Origin: Oscillospiraceae bacterium
GTDB taxonomy: Bacteria; Bacillota_I; Bacilli_A; Erysipelotrichales; Erysipelotrichaceae
Direction of reading: 5' to 3'
Length of the DNA stretch: 57,165 nt
NCBI GenBank assembly: GCA_963619285.1
Contig: CAVEWG010000007.1
Coordinates: 1-57,165, forward strand
The notes below the pieces were generated by a model. The model had not been told where the DNA came from. It worked only from the letters and a program-made list of their open reading frames with translations, and made no database searches. Each line of letters begins with the position of its first letter. Position 1 is the first letter of the stretch. This document shows, piece by piece, positions 19,794 through 28,820 of the stretch. Position numbers and translations under genes: made by a program.

Positions 19794-20564
19794 ATGATTT
19801 ATACAATTAAAAACGCATTTTTAACTTTACAAGTTAGTCTAGATGCAGCACAAATGCATAGTTTAAAAAGAAACAATGATAATTATGAATATATCTGGAA
19901 TGGCGATCCTACTTATTGGAAGGGTAGAAATCCAATATTATTCCCACAAGTTTCTTCAACTAGTACTAAGACAAATGTTATAAATGGAAAAACCTATCCC
20001 ATGGGTAACCATGGCTTTGCGCGTAATAGTATGTTTGAATTAGTTGATAAAAAAGAAGATTCTATTACTTTATTATTAAGGGAAAATGAAGATACTCTTA
20101 AACAATATCCATTTAGATTTGAACTATATGTAACTTATACGTTGAATAATGAATTACTTGAGATAACTTATAAGATTAAAAATACTGATACGCAAGTATT
20201 GCCGTTTGGCTTTGGCTTACATCCTGCCTTTAATGTTGAAAAAGACTATAAAGATACAATGCTAACATTTGATAATGGCCAAGAGCTTGCGGTTAATAAG
20301 GAACTATTTGAAAAGTATCCAACATATTATGTGAAACCTACTCCAAGTAGTGCTACGCTTTTAAGCAATAATCATTCAATTACTTTAAGCTTTGAAGGAT
20401 TTAGACATTTGGCAATATGGTCACCATTTGCTCCATTTGTATGCGTTGAACCTTGGATGAATCTAGGACCAAATGACAGTGATGAATTCCAAGAAAGAGC
20501 TGAGTATGCTCATCTAGATTCTAATCAATCAATTGAATACAAATATAGTATTTTAGCTAAATAG
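19794..20564 (+). CDS. Aldose 1-epimerase family protein (LacX-like)
   Basis: ATG 19794 with AGGAGA upstream. Motifs NPILFPQV, GNHGFARN, FGLHPAF. Confidence 0.8.
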   Translation: MIYTIKNAFLTLQVSLDAAQMHSLKRNNDNYEYIWNGDPTYWKGRNPILFPQVSSTSTKTNVINGKTYPMGNHGFARNSMFELVDKKEDSITLLLRENEDTLKQYPFRFELYVTYTLNNELLEITYKIKNTDTQVLPFGFGLHPAFNVEKDYKDTMLTFDNGQELAVNKELFEKYPTYYVKPTPSSATLLSNNHSITLSFEGFRHLAIWSPFAPFVCVEPWMNLGPNDSDEFQERAEYAHLDSNQSIEYKYSILAK

Positions 20565-21548
20565 GTTTTCGATAATCGCAAAAAACAATACGACTGCCGT
20601 TGCGATTAAGAAATCACAAAGAATAATTAATAGCATTTTGATAATAGGTTTGCATTTGTGTAGGCCTATTTTTTCTTGGATGCCTAGGTAATCAAAGGAA
20701 AAGGCTGGAATAGAAAATAAGATTAAGCCAACCATTATTCTACTTAGCCAAACATCTTCACCATTTACGGTAGTTAAAGTAAAAAACATAAATAGACTTA
20801 TCAAATAATAAAATGAGGCAATAAGTATATGCCAAATATTCCTTGTTCTATATCCTACTGGAACATAATAGTACTTATTTTTAGATGATTGAATAAGCGC
20901 GTTTTTTAGTGCTTTAAACGTTTGATATCTACTTTCAGGATCTAGTTTTGTGCATATATCAACAACATCACTCAAGGATTTTGCCATCTTCCCATTGCTT
21001 AGTTCCCTAATTAAAATACCAATGGCATATATATCGGTTTGAACGCTTGAAGAGGCAAAGCCATATTGTTCAGGTGCTGCATATCCTTCAGTTCCAAGCA
21101 GGATTGTGTCTCTTGTTTCTTCTTTGATTATTTTGACTGCGTTAAAGTCAATAAGATAATATTCGTTGTTTCTTTTGATGATGTTTGATGGTTTGATATC
21201 ACGATGAACTATTGGCACTAGAATGTTTAATGAATCTAGGATGTCGCATAATGAAATACCAATTTTAATTATTTCTTCTTTTGAAAACTCGTATCCTTGT
21301 TCAAACAAATCTTCTAATGTTTTTCCTTCTATGTATTCTTCAAAGATAACCAATTGATCATTTTCTTTTACTATTTCCTTTATATGAGGGATGCCTTTAA
21401 TATTATTCTTTGATAAGTAGTTAAATACTTCTTCATCGTATACTTCCATTATTTTTTTAATATATAGTTTATTGTCAAAAACATTTTTAACTAGATATAC
21501 TTTATGTGATGAATTGATTACTTCAATAAGGGAATAGTCGTTTAACAT
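20553..21548 (-). CDS. Membrane-anchored Hanks-type Ser/Thr protein kinase
   Basis: 331 aa. HRDIKPSNII, DFN, GTEGYAAPEQ. C-terminal ~110 aa with 3-4 TM helices. No PASTA domains. Confidence 0.85.
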   Translation of the reverse strand: MLNDYSLIEVINSSHKVYLVKNVFDNKLYIKKIMEVYDEEVFNYLSKNNIKGIPHIKEIVKENDQLVIFEEYIEGKTLEDLFEQGYEFSKEEIIKIGISLCDILDSLNILVPIVHRDIKPSNIIKRNNEYYLIDFNAVKIIKEETRDTILLGTEGYAAPEQYGFASSSVQTDIYAIGILIRELSNGKMAKSLSDVVDICTKLDPESRYQTFKALKNALIQSSKNKYYYVPVGYRTRNIWHILIASFYYLISLFMFFTLTTVNGEDVWLSRIMVGLILFSIPAFSFDYLGIQEKIGLHKCKPIIKMLLIILCDFLIATAVVLFFAIIENLFS

Positions 21549-21571
21549 GACTTAATTATAAGGGTATAGAT

Positions 21572-21994
21572 ATGAATAAGACTACTAAAGAACTAGAAAA
21601 TATTTTAAAGAGCACACATCCCGATGCTTTAGATAAGTATTTAGATAATGAAAAAGATAATATGATTGAAAATGATTTTGAAGTATATTTCAAGGATTGT
21701 TTAAAAAAGAAAGATTTGTTTCTTCATACAGTATTTTTAAGATCGGATATTTCAGAAGGTTATGGCTATAAACTTTTATCTGGTCAAAAACATACAAATA
21801 ATAGAAATTTAATTATTAAGCTTTGTTATGTGTCTTATTTTGACATTAATGAAACAAATAGAGCGTTAATTCTTTACGGCATGTCTCCTTTATATGCACG
21901 AATTAAAGATGATGCGGCCATTATTTCTTTATTTAATAAAAAAAATCGTGATTCTGATGACTTTGATAATTTTGTTAAAAATATAATTGATTAA
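21572..21994 (+). CDS. XRE-like helix-turn-helix protein
   Basis: 140 aa. SDISEGYGYKLLSGQKHTNNRNLIIKLCYVSYFDINETNRALILYG resembles the short HTH proteins common in Clostridia. Divergent from the kinase with a 23-bp gap. Confidence 0.55.
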   Translation: MNKTTKELENILKSTHPDALDKYLDNEKDNMIENDFEVYFKDCLKKKDLFLHTVFLRSDISEGYGYKLLSGQKHTNNRNLIIKLCYVSYFDINETNRALILYGMSPLYARIKDDAAIISLFNKKNRDSDDFDNFVKNIID

Positions 21995-22069
21995 TTTTTA
22001 CCCCTTTTAGGTGGCAATATTTGTTTCGTTTAGCTTGTATATTTAGGTTATAAAGCTAAAGGGGGAACA

Positions 22070-22414
22070 ATGAAAAAGAGTAAATTACTATTGGTTTCTG
22101 GCATTATTGGCACTTTGTATCTTATTTATTTAATTTCTTATTTTACAAATGCTAATGTGTCTAGTTCAGGAAGTGAAGCTATTGGCGCAGGACTTGCGAC
22201 AATGTTGGTGGCGCCACATGCCGTACTTGCGGGTATCGCGCTAGTGTTTAATTGGCTAGGCTTTTTTCTAAATGCTAAATGGGCAGCGCTTGTTGCGGGT
22301 ATTTTATATGCGGTAGCGATGGTTTTGTTTATTATGTATTTCATGTTTGTGGTGGTGGAAATGATACTATGTTTCATCGCTTATTCAAAGATGAAAAAGA
22401 ATGAAGCACAATAA
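22070..22414 (+). CDS. Small integral membrane protein
   Basis: 114 aa, 3-4 TM helices. SD GGGGGA upstream. Confidence 0.6.
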   Translation: MKKSKLLLVSGIIGTLYLIYLISYFTNANVSSSGSEAIGAGLATMLVAPHAVLAGIALVFNWLGFFLNAKWAALVAGILYAVAMVLFIMYFMFVVVEMILCFIAYSKMKKNEAQ

Positions 22415-22727
22415 AATAGCGCTTATCATATTGGCTTTACTTATTGGAACATTCATATATATTTCTGATGATTATATTCATATTAGAATCATCAGAAATT
22501 ATTTGTCTGATTTTTGTTGGGCATTTGCGTTTAGTCTAACGATTAGTCTTTTTTCTACAAATCTAATTGAAGTAATATTTATTCCAATAATATGTGGAAT
22601 ATTCTTAGAAATATGCCAATATAATAATTTAATTTTAGGAACAGGTGATTTCTATGATGTTTTAATAGAAATTTTAGCTTGTTTAACAACAATTTTAATA
22701 ATAAGGGGGAGAAATGAAAAACAATAA
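22401..22727 (+). CDS. Small integral membrane protein
   Basis: 108 aa, 3-4 TM helices. Overlaps both neighbours, which indicates an operon. Confidence 0.55.
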   Translation: MKHNKIALIILALLIGTFIYISDDYIHIRIIRNYLSDFCWAFAFSLTISLFSTNLIEVIFIPIICGIFLEICQYNNLILGTGDFYDVLIEILACLTTILIIRGRNEKQ

Positions 22728-23589
22728 ATTATATTTAATTATTGCCATTATCTTTTTTATGGTAATCGCCTTAGGTAGTGGTTCTAGTAGCGATAGTAAA
22801 AATGAGAATGTGTCTTCTAATACTACTAGTAGCAAACAAGAAGATGTAACAATTGAGGAAACGGTTATTTTTGAACATAATGATGTAAAAATTACTGCTA
22901 AGGAAATAGTAACAGATTCTATTTGGGGACAAGGTGTAAAAGTTTTAATTGAAAATAACTCAAGTATTGATATTACAGTATCATGCGATGCTTTGGCGGT
23001 TAATGGCTATATGCTTACTGACTTCTTATATGAAACAGTTACTGCGGGAGGAAAGAGTAATACAACTATTTATTGTTTAAGTAGCGATTTAAAAAATGCT
23101 GGTATCTCTAATATTGGTGAAGTAGATATTTGGTTCTACTTATTGAATCCTGATACATATGAAAGAACTTTTGAGGCAAGTGAGCCCTCAATCATTAAGA
23201 CTTCAGCATATGATTCGATTGATTCTACATTAGATATTGGTGGTACAGAAATACTTAATCAAAATGGTATAAGAATTGTTGCCAAGTATGTTGATGAAGA
23301 TTCTTTCTGGGGCAAATCGGTGTTGATATATGCTGAAAATAATTCTGGCAGTAATGTGATTCTTAGTTGCGATGATGAATCAATTAATGGTTTTATGATA
23401 GATGGATACTATTATGCATCTATTAAAAATGGCTATAAATCATTTGATACTTTAGATTTCTTTGATAGTACACTTGAAGAAAATGGTATCGATAAAATAG
23501 AGAGCATTAAATTAAAATTCTCGTGTATTGACGCTGATTCTTATCGAACAATATTCGAAAGTGACTATGTTGAAATAAGTGTAGACTAA
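22714..23589 (+). CDS. Secreted or membrane-anchored protein with two tandem homologous domains
   Basis: 291 aa. N-terminal hydrophobic anchor and an S-rich linker. Two ~115-aa repeats align: NDVKITAKEIVTDSIWGQGVKVLIENNSSIDITVSCDALAVNGYML versus NGIRIVAKYVDEDSFWGKSVLIYAENNSGSNVILSCDDESINGFMI. Confidence 0.65.
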   Translation: MKNNKLYLIIAIIFFMVIALGSGSSSDSKNENVSSNTTSSKQEDVTIEETVIFEHNDVKITAKEIVTDSIWGQGVKVLIENNSSIDITVSCDALAVNGYMLTDFLYETVTAGGKSNTTIYCLSSDLKNAGISNIGEVDIWFYLLNPDTYERTFEASEPSIIKTSAYDSIDSTLDIGGTEILNQNGIRIVAKYVDEDSFWGKSVLIYAENNSGSNVILSCDDESINGFMIDGYYYASIKNGYKSFDTLDFFDSTLEENGIDKIESIKLKFSCIDADSYRTIFESDYVEISVD

Positions 23590-23617
23590 TATCACTAAAT
23601 TTAATATATATAATTCC

Positions 23618-23647
23618 AAATATGCATTTTTAAGTGCATATTTTTTG
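23618..23647 (+). terminator. Rho-independent terminator
   Basis: Stem AAATATGCA/TGCATATTT followed by a T run. Confidence 0.7.
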
Positions 23648-23661
23648 TTTATATTAAATTT

Positions 23662-24966
23662 ATGAATTTACTTGAGGGCAACATAAAAAAACAATTAATA
23701 ATCTTAATGCTGCCATTAATACTAGGGAATATCTTACAACAATTCTACAACACCATTGATTCGATGATTGCAGGACACTTTATAGGCGACTTAGCTTTTG
23801 GAGCAATTGGCGTAGCGGGAAGCGTGATGAATCTATTTATCTTTATGTTGAATGGAGCTTGTGTTGGTGTTTCTGTTGTGTTTGCCCAAGTTTATGGTCT
23901 AAGAAAGTGGGACCTGCTTAAAAAGGAGAGCTTTATGTCTTTGCTTTTTGGCGAATTATTTACCATTACTTTAAGTTTTATAAGCCTTTTATTTCTTAAG
24001 TCTATTTTAAATATTATCGAAACACCTAGTGGTATCTTTACTTATGCTTTTGATTATTTGAAAATTATTCTAATGGGTCTTCCAATTACTTTTTTGTATA
24101 ATTGGTGTTCTTGTGCTTTACAGGCTTCAGGTGATACAAAAATGCCTTTGTATACTTTGATGATTGCGATGGCAATTAATACAATATTAGATTATTTTTT
24201 TGTGGCTAAATTAAGTATAGGTACAAGTGGCGCTGCATTAGCTACGGTCATTGCTCAATTTATTGCCTCTTTCATTTGTCTTTTAGTAATGAGAAAAAGA
24301 CATAAAGAGTTTTTCTTTAGCTTGTCTGATTGTAGACTTGATGAGCTATTGCTCAAAAAGACTATAAGATATGGCGTTGTTTCTGCACTACATCAATCAA
24401 GTTTATATATAGGCAAATTGCTTGTTCAAAAGTGTGTTAATACAGGTGGCAGTGACATGATTGCTGCCTATAGCGCCACAATGCGTATTGAAGGTTTTGC
24501 GAATTCCTTTAGTGATAGTGGTGGTGCCGTGCTTTCAACTTTTGTTGCTCAAAACAGTGCGGTAAATAATAAAATAAGAGTTAAAGAAGGTTTGAAACAA
24601 GCATTACAAATAATGTTAAGTTTAAGTTTTTTACTAGCTATCATTATGATTATAAGCTGTAGAAGTGTTGTTTATATTTTAATGAACAATCCTAATGCAA
24701 ATATTCTTGACAATGTTTATCAATATATTTTTGTAATATCTTTGTGCTATTTCTTGTGTTTTATAGGAAGCACGTTTGTTGGCTATTTTAGAGGATTAGG
24801 TAAAGTAGAGGTACCAATAATAGGTACAGTTATTCAAATTACAATTAGAGTAATTTTTTCTTATATTTTAATTGATTATATGGGGCTTAAGGCTGTTAGT
24901 TTAGCTACAGGAATTGGTTGGTTTGTGATTGTTGTATACCAAATAATTACTTATATTAAAAAATGA
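23662..24966 (+). CDS. MATE-family efflux transporter
   Basis: 434 aa, 12 TM. N-terminus KKQLIILMLPLILGNILQQFYNTIDSMIAGHF is typical of MATE. Confidence 0.85.
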   Translation: MNLLEGNIKKQLIILMLPLILGNILQQFYNTIDSMIAGHFIGDLAFGAIGVAGSVMNLFIFMLNGACVGVSVVFAQVYGLRKWDLLKKESFMSLLFGELFTITLSFISLLFLKSILNIIETPSGIFTYAFDYLKIILMGLPITFLYNWCSCALQASGDTKMPLYTLMIAMAINTILDYFFVAKLSIGTSGAALATVIAQFIASFICLLVMRKRHKEFFFSLSDCRLDELLLKKTIRYGVVSALHQSSLYIGKLLVQKCVNTGGSDMIAAYSATMRIEGFANSFSDSGGAVLSTFVAQNSAVNNKIRVKEGLKQALQIMLSLSFLLAIIMIISCRSVVYILMNNPNANILDNVYQYIFVISLCYFLCFIGSTFVGYFRGLGKVEVPIIGTVIQITIRVIFSYILIDYMGLKAVSLATGIGWFVIVVYQIITYIKK

Positions 24967-24983
24967 CCTTACGGTCATTAATT

Positions 24984-25631
24984 TTATTTAGCACCTTCAA
25001 CAATTTTGATACCAGCAGAGCATCCTAGTCTATCAGCACCAGCGTCAATCATTTTCATGGCATCTTCATATGTTCTAATGCCACCAGCTGCCTTAACTTT
25101 GCATACTGTGCCAACTGTTTTGCGCATAAGAGCAACATCTTCAACGGTTGCACCAGATGTAGAGAAGCCAGTTGATGTTTTTACAAATTCAGCATTGGCT
25201 TTCATTGCGCATTTGCATGCTTCTACTTTTTCTTCATCGGTTAATAGACATGTTTCAATGATAACTTTAACAATTGAAGGCTTTGATGCGTTTACAACTG
25301 CTTCAATATCTTTTGTGACATAGTCATAATCTTTATCTTTTAAAGCACCAATATTGATTACCATGTCAACTTCCCCAGCACCGTTTGATACAGCTGTTTT
25401 AGCTTCAAATGCTTTTGATGCGCTGTCCATTGCGCCAAGTGGGAAGCCTACTACACAGCATACTTTAACATCACTGTCTTTAAGTAGTTCTTTACATAAT
25501 GGCACATAACATGTGTTCACACATACTGATGCGAAGTCGTGCTGCTTAGCTTCATTACATAGTTTAGTAATTTGTTCCTTGGTTGCATCAGCTTTAAGTA
25601 AAGTATGATCAATATATTTGTTTAATTTCAT
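24984..25631 (-). CDS. deoC: Deoxyribose-phosphate aldolase
   Basis: 215 aa, [11 protein letters not shown]...FVKTSTGF...KAAGGIR. Confidence 0.95.
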   Translation of the reverse strand: MKLNKYIDHTLLKADATKEQITKLCNEAKQHDFASVCVNTCYVPLCKELLKDSDVKVCCVVGFPLGAMDSASKAFEAKTAVSNGAGEVDMVINIGALKDKDYDYVTKDIEAVVNASKPSIVKVIIETCLLTDEEKVEACKCAMKANAEFVKTSTGFSTSGATVEDVALMRKTVGTVCKVKAAGGIRTYEDAMKMIDAGADRLGCSAGIKIVEGAK

Positions 25632-25652
25632 GTCGTCCTCCTTAAATTAAAC

Positions 25653-26585
25653 TTATTTAAATAGCTCTTTGAATTCCTTAGGAATAGGAGCTTTTATTTC
25701 AATTAGTTCAGATGTAATTGGATTTACAAATGAAAGTATTGAAGCATGTAGGCCAAGTCTATTAATAGGTGAGATACCATCACCGTATTTATCATCACCA
25801 ATAATTGGATGATTTAAGTTAGCCATAGCAACTCTTATTTGGTTTTTTCTTCCACTGTCGATATTTACTTGTAGTAAAGAATAATCCTTATTTTTATTTA
25901 ATGTCTTATAGTGAGTTATCGCAAGCTTACCACTGTTTGATACATATACCATGTTATTTTTATTTTCTCTTAGATAGTTTTTGATGGTGCCGCTTGGATT
26001 ATCTAGTTTGCCATTAATAATCGCGATATATTCTCTATTACTAACGTCGTCGTTCCAATGTCCTTTTAACATCGAATGTATTTTTATGTCTTTGGCAAAT
26101 ACTAAGACGCCACTTGTTTCTTTATCTATTCGATGTAGTACATATGGCCTAGATTTAGGATCTTTTTTTCTTAGGTATTCTTCTACATATGTATAAGCTG
26201 ATTCTATTTGATTATCAGATTGAACTGATAACATACCATTTGGTTTATTGATACCTATAAAGTATTCGTCTTCATATATGATATATGGTTTAATATTGAT
26301 TTTTTTTGTTTCTTCTTTCTTCTTTTTGCCAGTTTGTTTAACTATCATTGGATTTTTAGCTATTTTAACTTCATCATCTTTAGCTAATGGATAATTAAAT
26401 TGTCTAATCACTGTACCATTTACTAATACTTTATTACTTGAAAGAAGAGATTTTACAGTATTTCTTGATTCAGGCAATTTTTGTAGCAAGTATTCAAGTA
26501 GCTCACATGAGTGGTGAACTTTGTTTGTATAAGTGTAACGAATAACAGGTGTTTTCTTTTCTTTTTTATCTATTTTTTTATTCAT
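25653..26585 (-). CDS. RluA-family pseudouridine synthase with an N-terminal S4-like domain
   Basis: 310 aa, HRIDKETSGVLVFAK catalytic Asp motif. Confidence 0.85.
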   Translation of the reverse strand: MNKKIDKKEKKTPVIRYTYTNKVHHSCELLEYLLQKLPESRNTVKSLLSSNKVLVNGTVIRQFNYPLAKDDEVKIAKNPMIVKQTGKKKKEETKKINIKPYIIYEDEYFIGINKPNGMLSVQSDNQIESAYTYVEEYLRKKDPKSRPYVLHRIDKETSGVLVFAKDIKIHSMLKGHWNDDVSNREYIAIINGKLDNPSGTIKNYLRENKNNMVYVSNSGKLAITHYKTLNKNKDYSLLQVNIDSGRKNQIRVAMANLNHPIIGDDKYGDGISPINRLGLHASILSFVNPITSELIEIKAPIPKEFKELFK

Positions 26586-26619
26586 CTTTTAAATTTTATC
26601 ATAATGATATAATTGCGTT

Positions 26620-28068
26620 ATGAGAATATTAAGCGCAAATTCAATGTCACTAACTGATTCAAGAAGCATGAAAGATTTAAATGTTGATGAAATTGCTTTA
26701 GTTAAAAAAGCAGCACTAGCTTGTTTTGAAATTATAAATAATAGAATCAGTAAAGACAAGAAGATAGGAATAGTGTGTGGCAATTCTAATAATTCTAGTG
26801 ATGGCTTTTGTCTTGCTAATATTTTAAAAGACAACGACTATGATGTATCTGTCTTTTATTTCTTCGATTTAAATAAGATGAATAAAACGTGTAGGCATTT
26901 TTATGATTTGGTAAGTGATGTTGATTCAAATACTAATAATTTAAATAAATGTGATGTCCTTATCGATTGTATTATCGGCAATGGTTTAAGGGGCCCTTTA
27001 AGAGATGATGTTACATCGATTGTTGAAAAAATGAACGAATGCGATGGTTACAAGATTGCGATTGATATACCAACTGGGCTAGATAGCACCAATGGAACTT
27101 TTAATCCTGTTTGTTTCAAGGTTGATTTAACAATTTGTATAAATAATATAAAACTAGGTTGTTTATTAAATGATGGGGTAGATGTTTGTAAAGATATTGA
27201 AGTAGTTGATATTGGTTTAAAACAATATGATGATTTGGATTATTTTGAAGTAATTAATCCAAGTACTTTTAAATTCAATGAAAAAAAGAATGTTAATAAA
27301 TATGACTTTGGAAGTGTTCTAGTAATTGGTTCAAATGTTTCAATGCCAGGAGCTGGTATTATGTCTTCTATTAGTGCTTTAAAGGCAGGATGTGGTTTAG
27401 CTACTCTAGCTTGTCCTTATGAAAATCTAGATATAGTCTCTATTAAGGCTCCATATGAAGTGATGGTTAAGTGTGTTGATGATGAAGATTTATTAAATAA
27501 AAAGGATACAGTAGTATTTGGGCCAGGGCTAAAAAGAGATGATAAATATATTCCTTTATTAAGGGATTTACTTTCAAGAGATATTAATTTAATAGTGGAT
27601 GCTGATGGCTTAGGATTGCTTAGTAAGATAGGCGATATAAAAGATATTAAAAAGTGTAGGCTTGTCATTACACCACATATGGGTGAGGCTGCTAGACTTT
27701 TAAATGATACAAGTGCTAATATAAAAAACGATATCTTGGGTTCTTTTAAAAAGCTTATAGATATCTATGATTGTATTGTTGTGCTAAAGGGTCATAATAC
27801 GCTTGTTGGTGACAAGGATTCTTACTTTATTTCTTTAAGTGGTAATGCAGGTATGGCGAGTGCTGGCAGCGGTGATGTTTTATCGGGAATCATTGCAGGC
27901 TGTGCTTTAAAAAGACAAGATATAGATTCGGTTAAAAAGGCTGTCTATATTCATGGCTTGGCTGGTGATATCGCAAAGGAAAAGGTAGGAGAAACTTCTT
28001 TGGTAGCGAGTGATATTATTGACAATATCTCTAGCGCAATAACAAAAATCAAGAAGGAGATAAAATGA
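26620..28068 (+). CDS. nnr: Bifunctional NAD(P)H-hydrate epimerase / ADP-dependent dehydratase
   Basis: 482 aa. YjeF_N part (GIVCGNSNNSSDGF) plus a carbohydrate-kinase part (GSGDVLSGIIAG). Confidence 0.9.
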   Translation: MRILSANSMSLTDSRSMKDLNVDEIALVKKAALACFEIINNRISKDKKIGIVCGNSNNSSDGFCLANILKDNDYDVSVFYFFDLNKMNKTCRHFYDLVSDVDSNTNNLNKCDVLIDCIIGNGLRGPLRDDVTSIVEKMNECDGYKIAIDIPTGLDSTNGTFNPVCFKVDLTICINNIKLGCLLNDGVDVCKDIEVVDIGLKQYDDLDYFEVINPSTFKFNEKKNVNKYDFGSVLVIGSNVSMPGAGIMSSISALKAGCGLATLACPYENLDIVSIKAPYEVMVKCVDDEDLLNKKDTVVFGPGLKRDDKYIPLLRDLLSRDINLIVDADGLGLLSKIGDIKDIKKCRLVITPHMGEAARLLNDTSANIKNDILGSFKKLIDIYDCIVVLKGHNTLVGDKDSYFISLSGNAGMASAGSGDVLSGIIAGCALKRQDIDSVKKAVYIHGLAGDIAKEKVGETSLVASDIIDNISSAITKIKKEIK

Positions 28069-28110
28069 AAAAACTATTAACTATTATGTTATCTGTTCTT
28101 ATGGTTTGTG
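28065..28110 (+). repeat. Dispersed repeat (signal-peptide coding segment), copy 1
   Basis: 45 of 46 nt are identical to 38879-38924 (read by eye). Confidence 0.85.
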
Positions 28111-28616
28111 CACTTGGTGCTTGCTCTAAGAAGGAAACAACTGAAACTGAATCTGGTCCTGTAGTTGAAACAGAGACTGCAGAAGCAACTGAAGCAACCG
28201 AAACAGAAACTGCTGATGCTGAATTAGCTAACCCTTGGGTTGATTGTAAAGACGGCCAAGAAGCTGCTCAAATTGCTGGTTTTGAATTTGAAGTTGCTGA
28301 ATCTTTAGGCACTGATGGTGTTTATAGAGCAGTAAATGGTCAAATTATCGAAGTTACTTTAGGCAACGACTTAAATGTTCCATTTACTTTTAGAAAAGCA
28401 CTTGGAGTTGATGCTGCTGACTTAGCTGGTGACTACAATGAATATTCTAATGGTGGCACTTTAGAGGCTAATGATACTACTGTTACTTATGCTGGCAGTG
28501 CTGAGGATTCAATCAATGTTGCTTATTGGACAATTGGTGATTATGCTTACTCATTCACTACTGAGACGGGTATTCCTGCTGAAGTATTAACTTCTTACGT
28601 TGAATTAGTTAAGTAA
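28065..28616 (+). CDS. Lipoprotein with a T/E-rich linker
   Basis: 183 aa, MKKLLTIMLSVLMVCALGAC|S lipobox. ATGA overlap with nnr. The signal peptide is nearly identical to that of 38879-39643. Confidence 0.75.
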   Translation: MKKLLTIMLSVLMVCALGACSKKETTETESGPVVETETAEATEATETETADAELANPWVDCKDGQEAAQIAGFEFEVAESLGTDGVYRAVNGQIIEVTLGNDLNVPFTFRKALGVDAADLAGDYNEYSNGGTLEANDTTVTYAGSAEDSINVAYWTIGDYAYSFTTETGIPAEVLTSYVELVK

Positions 28617-28680
28617 TTTAAAAGACAAACTTTTAACTTAAAGGCACTTCTTAGGAGGTGCTTTTATTATGCCTTGTGTT

Positions 28681-28769
28681 AAAAAAACAGCTTTTTTGTC
28701 AAAAAACCTGTTTTTTTGTGATAGATTAGTGAAAAAAATCAACTTTTTTAATAAAAAACTTGTTTTTTT
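28681..28769. repeat. Four phased A(6-7)-N(4-5)-T(6-7) palindromic units upstream of glnN
   Basis: Units at 28681-28697, 28701-28717, 28732-28749 and 28753-28769. Centre spacings are about 20, 31 and 21 bp. Confidence 0.8.
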
Positions 28770-28820
28770 AAAGCCTACGTACTAGAATTTTGATTATATT
28801 AGTGAGGAAGGTACTTATTT

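Noticed and set aside
24436-24445. Half-site matches to the palindromic box (GTTAATACAG here; GTTAATAC at 4289-4296; GTATTAACTT at 28594-28603)
   Set aside because: These are isolated half-sites inside coding regions without the partner arm, as expected by chance in AT-rich DNA.
25006-25323. 105-aa ORF antisense to deoC. The same reasoning applies to the short antisense or alternate-frame ORFs at 531-761, 895-1095, 2450-2728, 3446-3673, 7119-7319, 8018-8206, 8813-9037, 9880-10080, 10172-10405, 10932-11150, 11647-11919 and others in the track
   Set aside because: All are nested in strongly supported conserved genes, have no SD, and have no recognisable motifs. I treat them as frame shadows.
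28617-28820. Looked for TnrA/GlnR boxes (TGTNA-N7-TNACA) and a glutamine riboswitch upstream of glnN
   Set aside because: No match by eye. The A/T palindromes there do not fit that consensus, so I reported them separately as an unexplained array.
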